A stretch of DNA of 64,000 nt from an uncultured Gammaproteobacteria bacterium (GTDB lineage Bacteria; Pseudomonadota; Gammaproteobacteria; Pseudomonadales; JAHEGP01). The position numbers were made by a program, and so were the translations under genes. Below, in pieces: positions 9,915 through 20,316 of this stretch; the stretch's first letter is position 1; each line of letters starts with the position of its first letter. Under the pieces are notes generated by a model, which did not search any database, was not told the DNA's origin, and worked only from the letters and a program-made list of their open reading frames with translations. The stretch covers positions 790,335 to 854,334 of the forward strand of contig CAWBXV010000002.1 of NCBI GenBank assembly GCA_963792875.1, read 5' to 3'.

Positions 9915-10579
9915 ATTTTCTCGAAGATCAGGTCCCACACGCCGTGGCCGAGGCGCTCCCCGCGCTGCTCGAACTTGGTACAGGGCCGCCACGCCGGGCG
10001 AGGAGAAAAATGGCCGACGCCGGCTCGATTGACGAAGTCGGCCTGCGCCGACAGGACTTCCATCATGTGTTCGGCGTAGGGCTGCCAGTCGGTGGCCAGG
10101 TGAAAGTAGCCGCCGGGGCGCAGCCTGCTGGCCACCAGGGCTGCAAAATCGTCCTGCAGCAGGCGGCGCTTGTGGTGCTTTTTCTTGGGCCACGGGTCGG
10201 GAAAATACAGTTGAACGCCATCCAGGCACTGCGGGGGAAGACACCGCTGCAGCACCTCGACCGCGTCCTCGCGATATACCCTCACATTGTCGATGTCCTG
10301 CTGTTCGCACAGCCACAGCAGCTTGCCGACGCCCGGTTCGTGGACCTCGATGCCGATGTAGTCAGTGCCAGGCTGCGCCTGGGCCATCTCGGCCAGCGAG
10401 GCGCCCATGCCAAAGCCCACTTCGACAATCGCGGGCGCCACCCTGCCGAACACCGCGGCGGGGTCGATCATGCCGTCGGCGGAATCCAGCCCCCACCTGG
10501 CCCAGCCCAGCTCCAGCGCCTGCCGCTGCCCTGCCGTCATGCGCCCGGCGCGGCGGACAAAACTGCGCACGGGACGCAC
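9911..10579 (-). CDS. trmB: tRNA (guanine46-N7)-methyltransferase
   Basis: Motifs VEVGFGMGASL, YFPDPWPKKKHHKRRL and IRSFVRRAGRMT. Its stop codon overlaps the hemW stop on the opposite strand. Confidence 0.9.
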   Translation of the reverse strand: MRPVRSFVRRAGRMTAGQRQALELGWARWGLDSADGMIDPAAVFGRVAPAIVEVGFGMGASLAEMAQAQPGTDYIGIEVHEPGVGKLLWLCEQQDIDNVRVYREDAVEVLQRCLPPQCLDGVQLYFPDPWPKKKHHKRRLLQDDFAALVASRLRPGGYFHLATDWQPYAEHMMEVLSAQADFVNRAGVGHFSPRPAWRPCTKFEQRGERLGHGVWDLIFEKI

Positions 10580-10581
10580 GC

Positions 10582-10965
10582 TCAGGCGCTCCCCGGCAAT
10601 TTGAACGCAGCCCAGGCGAGCGCCAACCAGCCGATCAGGAAGGCCAGCCCGCCCAACGGCGTGATCGCCCCCAGCCAGCGCACACCGGTCACTGCCAGCA
10701 GATACAGGCTGCCGGAGAACAACAGCAGGCCGGCCACGAAGCAGGCGGCACTCAGACCCAGGCCGCTCGTGGCGGGCTTGCTGAGCATCAGCGAGGCCAC
10801 CAGCAGCAGCGCCAGCGCGTGGTAAAAATGGTACTGCACAGCGGTCTGAAACACCGCCATCATGTCGGGCGCCAGGCGCTCCTTGAGGCCGTGCGCGCCA
10901 AAAGCGCCCAGCGCCACGGCAAGAAAACCCGCGAGCGCGGCCGCGCTCAATACGATTCTAGTCAA
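10582..10965 (-). CDS. DUF423 (YgdD-like) small membrane protein
   Basis: Four TM helices with the GAFGAHGLK and HALALLL motifs. I place the start at TTG 10965, with AGAAGAGG 6 nt upstream. The ORF-track start at 11019 would run through the rpoH terminator hairpin. Confidence 0.75.
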   Translation of the reverse strand: MTRIVLSAAALAGFLAVALGAFGAHGLKERLAPDMMAVFQTAVQYHFYHALALLLVASLMLSKPATSGLGLSAACFVAGLLLFSGSLYLLAVTGVRWLGAITPLGGLAFLIGWLALAWAAFKLPGSA

Positions 10966-11011
10966 GGGATACCTCTTCTGGGAGTCAGCCCACCTGCCGC
11001 GCAGGTGCCGC

Positions 11012-11042
11012 AACAACAAAAAAGCCGCTCAACGGCGGCTCT
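11012..11042 (-). terminator. rho-independent terminator downstream of rpoH
   Basis: On the minus strand, 17 nt after the rpoH stop: AGCCGC-CGTTGA-GCGGCT followed by TTTTTGTTGTTG. This is a 6-bp GC stem with a 6-nt loop and a U-tract. Confidence 0.72.
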
Positions 11043-11058
11043 TCGCAACAGCCCGCGT

Positions 11059-11910
11059 TCAGTCCTGCAGATTTTCCCTGACTTTTTTCATCGCGTTCTG
11101 CTCTATCTGTCGAATGCGCTCGGCCGAGACACCGTATTTGACCGCCAGCTCCTGCAGCGTGGCTTTGGATTCGAGCAGCCACCGGCTGGCGATGACATCT
11201 CTGGAGCGCTCGTCCAGTTGTTCGATGGCGCGGTGGAGCCTGAATTCACTGCTGCTCTCCCAGTCGGCCGCCTCGAGCTGAACGGCCGGGTCCGCCGCCC
11301 GGTCTTCGAGATAACTGGCAGGCGCACTGTAAGTGCTCTCGTCCTCTTCGCCGGCGCCGTCAAACGCGGTGTCGTAGGAGCTCATGCGGCCTTCCATGCG
11401 CCGCACTTCCTCGACCGCCACACCGAGATCGGCCGCCATCGCCGCGGCTTCATCGTTGGTCAGCCAGTTGAGGCTCTTCTTATGGCTGCGCAGATTGAAG
11501 AACAGCTTGCGCTGGGCTTTCGTGGTAGCCACTTTGACGATGCGCCAGTTGCGCAGGATGTACTCGTGCATTTCTGCCTTGATCCAATGCACGGCAAAGG
11601 ACACCAGGCGCACGCCCTTCTCGGGATCGAAGCGCTTCACGGCCTTCATCAGGCCGACATTGCCCTCCTGGATCAGATCCGCCAGCGGCAGACCATAGCC
11701 GGTGTAGCTGCGGGCGACGTGCACCACAAAACGCAGGTGGCTCAACACCAGCTGGCGCGCCGCATCGAGGTCCTGATGATAGAAGAGCCGTTCCGCCAGT
11801 TGCCGTTCCTCTTCCAGAGACAGCATCGGCGTGGCATTTACAGCCTGAATATAGCTATTGACATTGCCGCCAGGCATCATCACCGCTGTGGGCTGTAACT
11901 CGGTACTCAT
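11059..11910 (-). CDS. rpoH: RNA polymerase sigma-32 (heat-shock sigma factor)
   Basis: RpoH box QRKLFFNLR, region 2 [28 protein letters not shown], region 4.2 [25 protein letters not shown], and the conserved ftsYEX-rpoH order. Confidence 0.95.
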   Translation of the reverse strand: MSTELQPTAVMMPGGNVNSYIQAVNATPMLSLEEERQLAERLFYHQDLDAARQLVLSHLRFVVHVARSYTGYGLPLADLIQEGNVGLMKAVKRFDPEKGVRLVSFAVHWIKAEMHEYILRNWRIVKVATTKAQRKLFFNLRSHKKSLNWLTNDEAAAMAADLGVAVEEVRRMEGRMSSYDTAFDGAGEEDESTYSAPASYLEDRAADPAVQLEAADWESSSEFRLHRAIEQLDERSRDVIASRWLLESKATLQELAVKYGVSAERIRQIEQNAMKKVRENLQD

Positions 11911-11942
11911 GTGGCTTCCCCTTTGTGCAAACCGTGAAATTC

Positions 11943-11967
11943 TAGCACTCCTATAATTAGAGTGCTA
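11943..11967. repeat. perfect 8-bp inverted repeat TAGCACTC-N9-GAGTGCTA in the ftsX-rpoH gap
   Basis: Read directly: tagcactc ctataatta gagtgcta. The loop is AT-rich and includes the putative -10 element above. The function (operator, leader hairpin or ftsX terminator) is unknown. Confidence 0.6.
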
Positions 11968-11983
11968 ATTCGCAAAAAGTTCC
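11957..11983 (-). promoter_or_regulatory. candidate sigma-E/AlgU-type promoter for rpoH
   Basis: Minus strand reads GGAACTT-N15-TCTAA about 45-70 nt upstream of the rpoH ATG. This resembles the extracytoplasmic-stress promoter consensus (GAACTT-N16/17-TCTGA or TCAAA) that drives rpoH in E. coli (P3) and P. aeruginosa. The spacer is 1 nt shorter than typical. Confidence 0.35.
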
Positions 11984-12028
11984 TGTAACGGTGAGGATTA
12001 GAACCCGCCCACTCCCGCCGCCTGCCCG

Positions 12029-13033
12029 CTAGCGCGGCGTGATGGCACCCAGGTGCCGGCTGACCGCCAGCCAGGCGCCGCAGAGCCCCAGCGTCGCGCC
12101 GCCCCAGGCCAGCGCCAGGGTATCCAGCACGCTGAGGCCCGCCAGGCGGAAATCGCTCTGATACAGGGCTGCCAGCTCACCGACGGGACCATCGAGCCAT
12201 AGCAGTACCAGGACGATGAGCAGCCAGGCCACGACGGCGCCGCCGAGTCCATACCAGAGGCCGGTATAGAGAAAGGGCCGACGGACGAAGGCATCGGTGC
12301 CGCCCACCAGCTTGATCACCAGAATCTCTTCCCGCCGGCTGGCGATGGCCAGGCGGATGGTGTTGCCCGCCACCAGCAGTACCCCGAGCGCCAGCAGCAG
12401 CGCAAGCGCCAGACTCGCGCGCCGGCCCAGCTCAAGCAGCGCATACAAGCGCTGCACCCACTGCAGATCGAGCTGGGCCAGCTCGACCTTCCCGGACGCG
12501 CGCAGCTCCTCCAGCAAGCGCTCGAGCGACTCGACCGTGCTGGCTTCAAGCGACGGCGTCAGCACCAGCACCGCCGGCAGGGGGTTCTCCGGCAGCGCGG
12601 ACAGCAGATCACCGAAGCCCGACAGCTGCCGGAACTCATCCAGCGCCTGTTCGCGGGAGATGTAGCGCGCCTGGGCAATTTCGGGCCGCCCGCCGTAGCT
12701 GCCGGCCAGCGCGAGGCCTTCCGTTGCGCTGACGCCGTCGCTCAGAAACGCCGAGATGCGCGCCGCCCCATCCCAGCCAGCGGTCAGCTGCTGCACGTTG
12801 TTCAGTGCCACGAACAGCACGCAGGGCAGCGCCAGGGCGATGCCGATCGCCAGCCAGGTGAGCATGCTGGCCAGCGGCGCGCGCAGCAGGCGCTGCAGCG
12901 ACTGCAGGGCCCCCTGCCGGTGATTTTCCAGCCACGCCCGCAGCTGTTGCGCGAACGTGCTGCGGGATTGCACCGCCCCGCTGTCGCGGCGCGGACGGAC
13001 GCGACGATCGGCCTGATCCTTGCGGCCACTCAC
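12029..13033 (-). CDS. ftsX: cell division permease-like protein FtsX
   Basis: Four-TM FtsX topology with a periplasmic loop, GTGA overlap with ftsE, and the ftsY-ftsE-ftsX order. Confidence 0.92.
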   Translation of the reverse strand: MSGRKDQADRRVRPRRDSGAVQSRSTFAQQLRAWLENHRQGALQSLQRLLRAPLASMLTWLAIGIALALPCVLFVALNNVQQLTAGWDGAARISAFLSDGVSATEGLALAGSYGGRPEIAQARYISREQALDEFRQLSGFGDLLSALPENPLPAVLVLTPSLEASTVESLERLLEELRASGKVELAQLDLQWVQRLYALLELGRRASLALALLLALGVLLVAGNTIRLAIASRREEILVIKLVGGTDAFVRRPFLYTGLWYGLGGAVVAWLLIVLVLLWLDGPVGELAALYQSDFRLAGLSVLDTLALAWGGATLGLCGAWLAVSRHLGAITPR

Positions 13034-13710
13034 CCTGACAGGCTCCCCTGGGCAGCACCCTGCACCACCCTGCCGTCATGCAGCGTGATGACGCGGCGGG
13101 GCTGGCGCGCGATCAGCGCGTGATTGTGCGTGGCGATCAGCACCGTGACACCCACCCGGTTGAATTCCTCGAACAGCGACATGATTTCCGCAGACAGCGC
13201 GGGGTCCAGATTGCCGGTGGGCTCATCCGCCAGCAACAGCTCGGGCTTGTTCACCACCGCTCTGGCAATCCCCACCCTCTGCTGCTCCCCTCCCGACAGG
13301 GCAATGGGGTTGCGCTGTTCCTTCTGCAGCAGACCGACCTTGTCCAGGGCGGCTCGCACGCGGCGCCCGGTCTCGCGCGGAGGGCTGCCGGCGATAACCA
13401 GCGGCAGCGCGACGTTGTCGTACACGCTGCGATCGAACAGCAACTGGTGATTCTGAAAAACGACGCCGATGTTGCGGCGATGATAGGGAATGCGCCGGTC
13501 TCTGAGCCTGTTGAGATTCTGGCCGTTGACCACCACCTGGCCACCGGAGGCCCTCTCGATGCACATGATGAGCTTGAGCAGCGTGCTCTTGCCCGCCCCG
13601 GAATGCCCGGTGAGGAAAACCAGATCCTCGCGCTCAATGCGGAAGCTCACCCGCTGCAGGGCGTCGTGCCCCTCGGGATAGCGCTTGCTGACGTTGTCAA
13701 ACTGGATCAT
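13030..13710 (-). CDS. ftsE: cell division ATP-binding protein FtsE
   Basis: Walker A GHSGAGKST, ABC signature LSGGEQQRVGIARA and Walker B LLLADEPTGNLD. Confidence 0.95.
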   Translation of the reverse strand: MIQFDNVSKRYPEGHDALQRVSFRIEREDLVFLTGHSGAGKSTLLKLIMCIERASGGQVVVNGQNLNRLRDRRIPYHRRNIGVVFQNHQLLFDRSVYDNVALPLVIAGSPPRETGRRVRAALDKVGLLQKEQRNPIALSGGEQQRVGIARAVVNKPELLLADEPTGNLDPALSAEIMSLFEEFNRVGVTVLIATHNHALIARQPRRVITLHDGRVVQGAAQGSLSG

Positions 13711-13734
13711 TGCCGAGGCAGCCCCGCGGTCGCT

Positions 13735-14802
13735 TCAGTGCTCATGGGCAAACAGCGCGGCGACAAAATCCTGGGCGCTGAAAGGGCGCAGATCATCGAC
13801 TCCCTCACCCACCCCGATATACCGGATGGGCAGACCGGTCTGCTTGCAGATCGCGAAAATCACTCCACCCTTGGCGGTGCCATCGAGCTTGGTCAGCGCC
13901 ACGCCGGAGACGTTGACCACGGATTGAAAGGTCTGGGCCTGGCTGATGGCATTCTGGCCGGTGGCGGCATCGAGTACCAGCAGCGTCTCATGCGGCGCCG
14001 AGCTGTCGACCTTGCCCATGACGCGCACGACCTTCTTCAGCTCTTCCATGAGGTTGTCCTTGTTGTGCAGGCGGCCGGCGGTATCGGCGATGAGTACGTC
14101 GACGCCCCTGGCGCGGGCCGCCGCCAGCGCGTCATACAGCACCGAGGCGGCATCGGCACCGGTCGGCTGGGAGATCACCGGAACGTCGTTGCGCTCGCCC
14201 CAGCTGATCAGCTGCTCGACTGCCGCGGCGCGGAACGTATCGCCAGCCGCCAGCATGACCGAGCGGCCCTCATGTTTGAAGCGCCGCGCCAGCTTGCCGA
14301 TGGTGGTGGTCTTGCCGACGCCATTGACGCCCACGACGAGGATCACAAAGGGCTTTTTTGTCGGGTCGATCACCAGCGGCAGATCGGAGGGCGCCAGCAA
14401 TTTGGCCAGCTCGGACGCCAGCGCCTTGAACACCGCATCGCCGTCAGCCAGCTCCTTGCGCTTGATCCCCCCCGCCAGATGATCGACGATCTGGCTGGTT
14501 GCATCGACGCCGACGTCCGCCGTGAGCAAGGCCGTCTCGAGCTGATCCATGACGTCATCGTCGATCTCCTTCTGACCGAGCAGAAAGGTTCCGACATTAC
14601 CGGCCAGGCTGCTGCCAGTGCGCTTGAGGCCCTGCTTGAGCCGTGACAACAGCTTGCCGGCCTTGCCCGGCTCGTCGGCTCCCTCCGGCGTGGGGGCCGG
14701 CGCTCCCGCCGGCTGCAGCGGATCGACCGGAACCGCCGAGGTGACGGGCACAACGTCCGCAGCGACGCCCTCATCACCGCCCTTGCGCTTGAAAATCTTC
14801 AT
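13735..14802 (-). CDS. ftsY: signal recognition particle receptor FtsY
   Basis: SRP GTPase motifs GVNGVGKTTTIGKLA, DTAGRL and TKLDGTAKGG, with an acidic, Pro-rich N-terminal A domain. Confidence 0.95.
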   Translation of the reverse strand: MKIFKRKGGDEGVAADVVPVTSAVPVDPLQPAGAPAPTPEGADEPGKAGKLLSRLKQGLKRTGSSLAGNVGTFLLGQKEIDDDVMDQLETALLTADVGVDATSQIVDHLAGGIKRKELADGDAVFKALASELAKLLAPSDLPLVIDPTKKPFVILVVGVNGVGKTTTIGKLARRFKHEGRSVMLAAGDTFRAAAVEQLISWGERNDVPVISQPTGADAASVLYDALAAARARGVDVLIADTAGRLHNKDNLMEELKKVVRVMGKVDSSAPHETLLVLDAATGQNAISQAQTFQSVVNVSGVALTKLDGTAKGGVIFAICKQTGLPIRYIGVGEGVDDLRPFSAQDFVAALFAHEH

Positions 14803-14898
14803 GGGTAGATACTTTTCTGCCTGAGGATTGATATAGGGAAGACCATTCGTCGGTTATCCTACCATTTTACCGGTTGCAAGGCGCGGCCAAGGCACGCA

Positions 14899-15522
14899 AT
14901 GAACAAGACGAGAAGCTCCCGCGCAAGGAGCGGCGACAACACGCTGCGCATCATCGGCGGGCGATGGCGGGGTCGTAAGCTGCACTTTCCCTCCGCCCCC
15001 GGACTGCGGCCGACCGGCGATCGCGTCAGGGAGACCCTGTTCAACTGGCTCGCGCCCAGACTGCCAGGGGCGCATTGTCTCGACCTCTTTGCCGGCAGCG
15101 GCGCGCTGGGGCTGGAGGCGCTGAGCCGCGGAGCCGCCAGCAGTGTCCTGATCGACAGTTCGGCCCCGGTGTGCCGCGCCCTGCGGGACCACGGGCAGAC
15201 GCTGCAGGCCGGCCCGGCACTGCAGGTGGTGCAGGCCGACGCGCTCGCCTGGCTGAACACCGGGGAGGCGCTGCAACAGGGGCGCTTTGCCGTGGCTTTC
15301 GTCGACCCGCCGTTCCAGGCGGGAATACTTGATCGGGTACTGGAGACGCTGGCCCACGCCGGCGTGCTGGCCCCGAACGCCCTGATCTATATCGAGCACG
15401 CCACGACGCAGGCGGTCGGGTACCCCGCGGGCTGGCGGACAGCGCGCCAGCAGCGCGCGGGCCAGGTCAGCTACGCCCTGCTGGAGGCCGCCGCAGTGGC
15501 GCCGGCCGCCCCCGTTAACTAA
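14899..15522 (+). CDS. rsmD: 16S rRNA (guanine966-N2)-methyltransferase
   Basis: Motifs LRIIGGRWRGRKL, DLFAGSGALGLEALSRGA and DPPF. Divergent from ftsY as in other gammaproteobacteria. Confidence 0.9.
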   Translation: MNKTRSSRARSGDNTLRIIGGRWRGRKLHFPSAPGLRPTGDRVRETLFNWLAPRLPGAHCLDLFAGSGALGLEALSRGAASSVLIDSSAPVCRALRDHGQTLQAGPALQVVQADALAWLNTGEALQQGRFAVAFVDPPFQAGILDRVLETLAHAGVLAPNALIYIEHATTQAVGYPAGWRTARQQRAGQVSYALLEAAAVAPAAPVN

Positions 15523-16347
<825 letters not shown>

Positions 16348-16425
16348 ACGCAGCCCGACTGCACCCGGCCCGACTTAGCACCGCTGGCCCGGCGACCGCA
16401 GAGAGCGGGGCCGGAGATGCTACTG

Positions 16426-16797
16426 TCAATAGGCTGCGACCTGATCCCCTTCGTGATAGGCGTCTGAATCCCGTAACTTCGGCTTGCGGCCGTTGGTACA
16501 ACCAAGACAGCGCACAAAGGTGGCCTTACCCGGGCCGGCCACCAGGGTCTTGGCGGAATCAGCGACGTTACCGCCCAGCGCCGAGAATGGCAGGCCCACC
16601 AGGAAGCCCGCGGTACCGGCCACCGTCATCGCCAACAGTGCGGGGCGGGCGATCACCAGGTCACCCGCCATCGCCAGCGCGGTCGGGCGCTGGTAGGCCT
16701 CGTGCTCGTAGAGGGCCTGAGTAAAGCCGGCCTGGGGCAGGCTTAGTAACAGCCCACAACCGGCGGCAACGGTGAGCGACCTGAGCTTTGCCTTCAT
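16426..16797 (-). CDS. hypothetical small secreted/membrane protein
   Basis: ORF 16426..16911 trimmed to ATG 16797. N-terminal signal-like MKAKLRSLTVAAGCGLLLSLPQAGFTQA and a Gly/Ala-rich hydrophobic core (LLAMTVAGTAGFLVGLPFSALGG). I do not recognise a family. Confidence 0.5.
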   Translation of the reverse strand: MKAKLRSLTVAAGCGLLLSLPQAGFTQALYEHEAYQRPTALAMAGDLVIARPALLAMTVAGTAGFLVGLPFSALGGNVADSAKTLVAGPGKATFVRCLGCTNGRKPKLRDSDAYHEGDQVAAY

Positions 16798-16941
16798 GAT
16801 AGCGATTCTCCCTCGGTATCCACCAGGGTCCTGCCCCGGCACTTCGCACAATAAGCCTAATAGTAGTCCCATTGCGGCAGATCGGAACCGCCGGTGTTGG
16901 AAACAATTCACACTTCTGTGAGAGGGCGGCCCAAAGGCCGT

Positions 16942-17757
16942 TCAGCGCTGGCACTGCGCGCAGTAGACCGTACTGCGCTGGCCCAGGCGAACCTCGCGCA
17001 GCGCCCGACCGCAGCCCGGGCAGGCCTCTCCCCCTCTGCCGTAGACCTGCAGTTCGTGACGAAAGTAGCCAGGCTTGCCGGTGCTATCGACAAAATCGCG
17101 CAAGGTCGTGCCGCCATGCGCTATCGCGCGCTCCAGCACGGCCTTGATGGCGACGGCCAGGCGCTGGTAGCGCAGCGCGGAAATCTGCCCCGCCGCCCGC
17201 TGCGGCCGGATGCCGGCCGCAAACAGCGCCTCATTGGCGTAGATGTTGCCCACCCCTACCACCACGCGGCCATCCATGATGAAAGCCTTGACCGGCGCGG
17301 TGCGCCCCCTGGACAGCCCGTGGAGATAGCCACCATCGAACGCACCGTCCAGTGGCTCCGGGCCCAGGCCCTGCAGCAGCACGTGCTCGCCGGGCGGCCG
17401 CGCGGTCCACAGTATCGCGCCAAAGCGGCGCGGATCGCGAAAGCGCAGCGCGCGCCCGTCGTCCAGCACGATATCGACGTGGTCGTGCGGGGCCGGCGGC
17501 ACGCCAGCTTCGAGCAGCCGCAGGCTGCCGGTCATGCCCAGATGAACGATCAGATGGCCCCCGCCGCAATCGAACAGCAGATACTTGGCGCGCCGCCGCA
17601 CCGCGGCGATGCGCCGGCCGGTCAGAAGCCCGGGGAGGTCGCCCGGCACGGGCCAGCGCAGCCGCCCGTCGCGCACGACGACGCCGACGATGCTGCGATC
17701 GAGCAGATGCGGCTCAACGCCGCGGCGGGTGGTTTCAACTTCAGGCAATTCGGGCAT
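16942..17757 (-). CDS. mutM: formamidopyrimidine-DNA glycosylase
   Basis: Starts [13 protein letters not shown] (catalytic Pro2/Glu3). C-terminal zinc finger CPGCG...YCAQCQ. The ORF-track start at 17790 adds 11 unsupported codons. Confidence 0.93.
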   Translation of the reverse strand: MPELPEVETTRRGVEPHLLDRSIVGVVVRDGRLRWPVPGDLPGLLTGRRIAAVRRRAKYLLFDCGGGHLIVHLGMTGSLRLLEAGVPPAPHDHVDIVLDDGRALRFRDPRRFGAILWTARPPGEHVLLQGLGPEPLDGAFDGGYLHGLSRGRTAPVKAFIMDGRVVVGVGNIYANEALFAAGIRPQRAAGQISALRYQRLAVAIKAVLERAIAHGGTTLRDFVDSTGKPGYFRHELQVYGRGGEACPGCGRALREVRLGQRSTVYCAQCQR

Positions 17758-17876
17758 AATCGGCACTTCCTGAACGGGCGCGGCGCACACCAGGCCGCCG
17801 GCCGTCGGTTAAACCAGAGCGCGGTCAGACCGGCGGCGGTTCGCCGAGCGCGGCGGCTGCGCAAATCGAGCAGCAG

Positions 17877-19886
17877 ATGACCACACCAGCCAGCATCATT
17901 CTCGGCATCGATACCGGCGGCACCTTCACCGATTTCGTCCTCTGGCGCGAGGGCGAGCTGCGCATACACAAGGTGCTGTCGACCCCCGCGGCGCCCGAGC
18001 AGGCCATCCTGCAAGGGTTGCGCGAGCTGGGCCTGGCGCCCGCTGCGCTGGGCGAGCAACTGGTCACCATTCACGGCAGCACCGTGGCCACCAATGCCGC
18101 GCTCGAGGGCAAGGGCGTGCGCACGGCGTTAATCACGAACCGCGGACTGAAGGACCTTCTCACCATCGGGCGCCAGGCCCGGGGCAGACTCTACGACCTG
18201 CAGCCGACACCGCTGCCACCGCCGGTGCCCGCTGAATTATGCCTGGAAACCGGCGGGCGACTCGACCCCTGCGGCGACGTCGTCGAGGACCTGAGCGACG
18301 CCGACCTGGCCCTGCTGAACCGGCAGATCACCGAGCTGGCTCCCACTGCGGTGGCGATCAACCTGCTGTATTCCTACGTCGATGACCGCTTCGAGAGGCG
18401 CATCGAGGCGGCCATGCCGGCCGGCATGTTCGTGGCGCGCTCATCCTTTGTGCTGCCCGAATACAAGGAATACGAGAGGGGCATCGCCACCTGGCTGAAC
18501 GCCTGGCTGGGGCCGCTGATCAGCGGCTATCTGCAGCGCCTGCAGACCCATCTGGACCCCTCACCGCTCTCCATCATGCAGTCGTCCGGCGGCACCATAG
18601 CCGCCGAACAGGCTGCGCGCAGAGCCGTCAACCTGCTGCTCTCCGGGCCCGCCGGCGGCCTGGCAGGGGCCCTGTACCTGGGGCGCCTGGCAGGTTCAAG
18701 CCGGCTTATCAGCTTTGACATGGGCGGCACTTCCACCGATGTCGCCCTGCTGTGCGGCGATATCCGCCTGACCAATGAGGGCCGCATCGGCCCCTACCCG
18801 GTCGCCGTGCCCATGGTGGACATGGCCACGATCGGGGCCGGTGGCGGCTCCATCGCCTACCTCGATGACGGCGGCATGCTGCACGTCGGGCCGGAGTCGG
18901 CAGGCGCACAGCCAGGTCCTGCCTGTTATGGCCGGGGCGGCAGCGCCCCCACAGTGACCGACGCCAACCTCGCGCTGGGGCGACTGCGCGCCGATCAATT
19001 CCTCGGCGGCAGCATGGCCCTGGACGAAGCCGCTGCACGCCATGCCCTGCAGCGACTGGCCGACGGCATGGGCAAATCCCTGCAGGACGCGGCCGAGGGC
19101 ATCATCCGCCTGGCCAACGAACACATGGGGCGGGCGCTGCGCGAGATATCTGTCCAGCGCGGCTTCGACCCCAGGGAATTTACCCTGTGCTGCTTCGGCG
19201 GAGCGGGCGGCCTGCACGTTTGCGATCTGGCCGAAAACCTCGGCATCCGGCACGCCATCGTTCCTCTCCACGGCGGTGTGCTGTCAGCGCTCGGCATGCT
19301 GGTGGCACCGCGGGAGCGACAGGCTTCGAGAACGCTGCGCACGCCGCTGGCCGCGACCAGCGCCGACCAGCTGACTGAGGCGCTGGCAGGCCTGGCGCGG
19401 AGTGGGCGGGCGGAACTGCAGGCGGAAGGCGTTGATGACGCGCAGATTGCCCAGGAGGACAGCCTCGACCTGCGCTATCGAGGTCAATCGTACACGCTCA
19501 ATACGCCATGGCGGGGACGGCTCGATGGCGCGGAGGCCGATTTCCATGAACTGCACGCCTTGCGCTACGGTCACCGCATGCACCTGCCCGTGGAACTGGT
19601 CAATGTGCGCTGCCGGGTTTACGCCCCCGGCTCTGAGATCGAGCTACCCGCCGCGAACGTGATACCTGAGCGACCGGTGCCGGCAACTATCGCCGGCCTG
19701 TCAGAGGCCGCTGCCGTATTCGACCGCGACATGCTGGCTATCGGCCGCCGCTATGCGGGGCCGCTGCTGATCACCGAACGGGTGTCCACCACCCTGATCA
19801 AGTCCGGGTGGCAGGTGAGAAGGGATGCACTGGGCAATCTATTGCTGGAGTATTGCCACGCCAGCCAGGCCGAGCAGGGTCAGTAG
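17877..19886 (+). CDS. hydantoinase/oxoprolinase family protein (A-subunit type)
   Basis: N-terminus ILGIDTGGTFTDFVL, then HGSTVATNAALEGKG and FDMGGTSTDV, the ASKHA-fold motifs of HyuA/OplA-type ATP-dependent amidohydrolases. Confidence 0.85.
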   Translation: MTTPASIILGIDTGGTFTDFVLWREGELRIHKVLSTPAAPEQAILQGLRELGLAPAALGEQLVTIHGSTVATNAALEGKGVRTALITNRGLKDLLTIGRQARGRLYDLQPTPLPPPVPAELCLETGGRLDPCGDVVEDLSDADLALLNRQITELAPTAVAINLLYSYVDDRFERRIEAAMPAGMFVARSSFVLPEYKEYERGIATWLNAWLGPLISGYLQRLQTHLDPSPLSIMQSSGGTIAAEQAARRAVNLLLSGPAGGLAGALYLGRLAGSSRLISFDMGGTSTDVALLCGDIRLTNEGRIGPYPVAVPMVDMATIGAGGGSIAYLDDGGMLHVGPESAGAQPGPACYGRGGSAPTVTDANLALGRLRADQFLGGSMALDEAAARHALQRLADGMGKSLQDAAEGIIRLANEHMGRALREISVQRGFDPREFTLCCFGGAGGLHVCDLAENLGIRHAIVPLHGGVLSALGMLVAPRERQASRTLRTPLAATSADQLTEALAGLARSGRAELQAEGVDDAQIAQEDSLDLRYRGQSYTLNTPWRGRLDGAEADFHELHALRYGHRMHLPVELVNVRCRVYAPGSEIELPAANVIPERPVPATIAGLSEAAAVFDRDMLAIGRRYAGPLLITERVSTTLIKSGWQVRRDALGNLLLEYCHASQAEQGQ

Positions 19887-19899
19887 AGCGAGACCGCCG

Positions 19900-20067
19900 C
19901 TACTTGATCTTGCCTTCCTTATACATCACATGCTTGCGCACCACCGGATCGTATTTCTTGAATTCGAGCTTGTCCGGCGTGTTGCGCTTGTTCTTGTCGG
20001 TCGTGTAGAAGTGCCCGGTACCGGCGGAAGAGATCAGACGGATTTTTTCACGAGACGATTTGGCCAT
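19900..20067 (-). CDS. rpmG: 50S ribosomal protein L33
   Basis: Below the ORF-track length cut-off. Hand translation gives [55 protein letters not shown] (55 aa). It lies 12 nt downstream of rpmB. Confidence 0.93.
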   Translation of the reverse strand: MAKSSREKIRLISSAGTGHFYTTDKNKRNTPDKLEFKKYDPVVRKHVMYKEGKIK

Positions 20068-20079
20068 GATGGTGCCCTC

Positions 20080-20316
20080 TTATACCTTTTCGCCGGCAGC
20101 GCGCAACTTTGCGAGCACCGCATCGATGCCGCTCTTGTCGATCACTCTCATTCCCTTGGTGGAAATGCGCAATTTAACAAAGCGCTTCTCGGATTCTACC
20201 CAGAACCTGTGCGTCTGCAGATTGGGAATGAACCGCCGCTTGGTCCGATTCTTCGCGTGCGATACGTTGTTCCCTGTTACCGGCCGCTTACCGGTGACCT
20301 GACATACTCTGGACAT
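20080..20316 (-). CDS. rpmB: 50S ribosomal protein L28
   Basis: [34 protein letters not shown]... is the canonical L28 N-terminus. Confidence 0.95.
   Translation of the reverse strand: MSRVCQVTGKRPVTGNNVSHAKNRTKRRFIPNLQTHRFWVESEKRFVKLRISTKGMRVIDKSGIDAVLAKLRAAGEKV

Noticed and set aside
13078-14646. A 522-aa plus-strand ORF spanning the ftsE-ftsY region. Similar long ORFs occur at 2733..4049(-), 5983..7104(-), 10819..11898(+), 35094..36263(-), 39676..40566(-) and 56765..58675(+).
   Set aside because: All lie antisense to genes with unambiguous conserved motifs (ftsE/ftsY, yggS, metX, rpoH, spoT, recG, uvrD). Their translations are Arg/Ala/Gly/Pro/His-rich with no recognisable motifs. Stop-poor antisense frames of this kind are expected in GC3-rich DNA.
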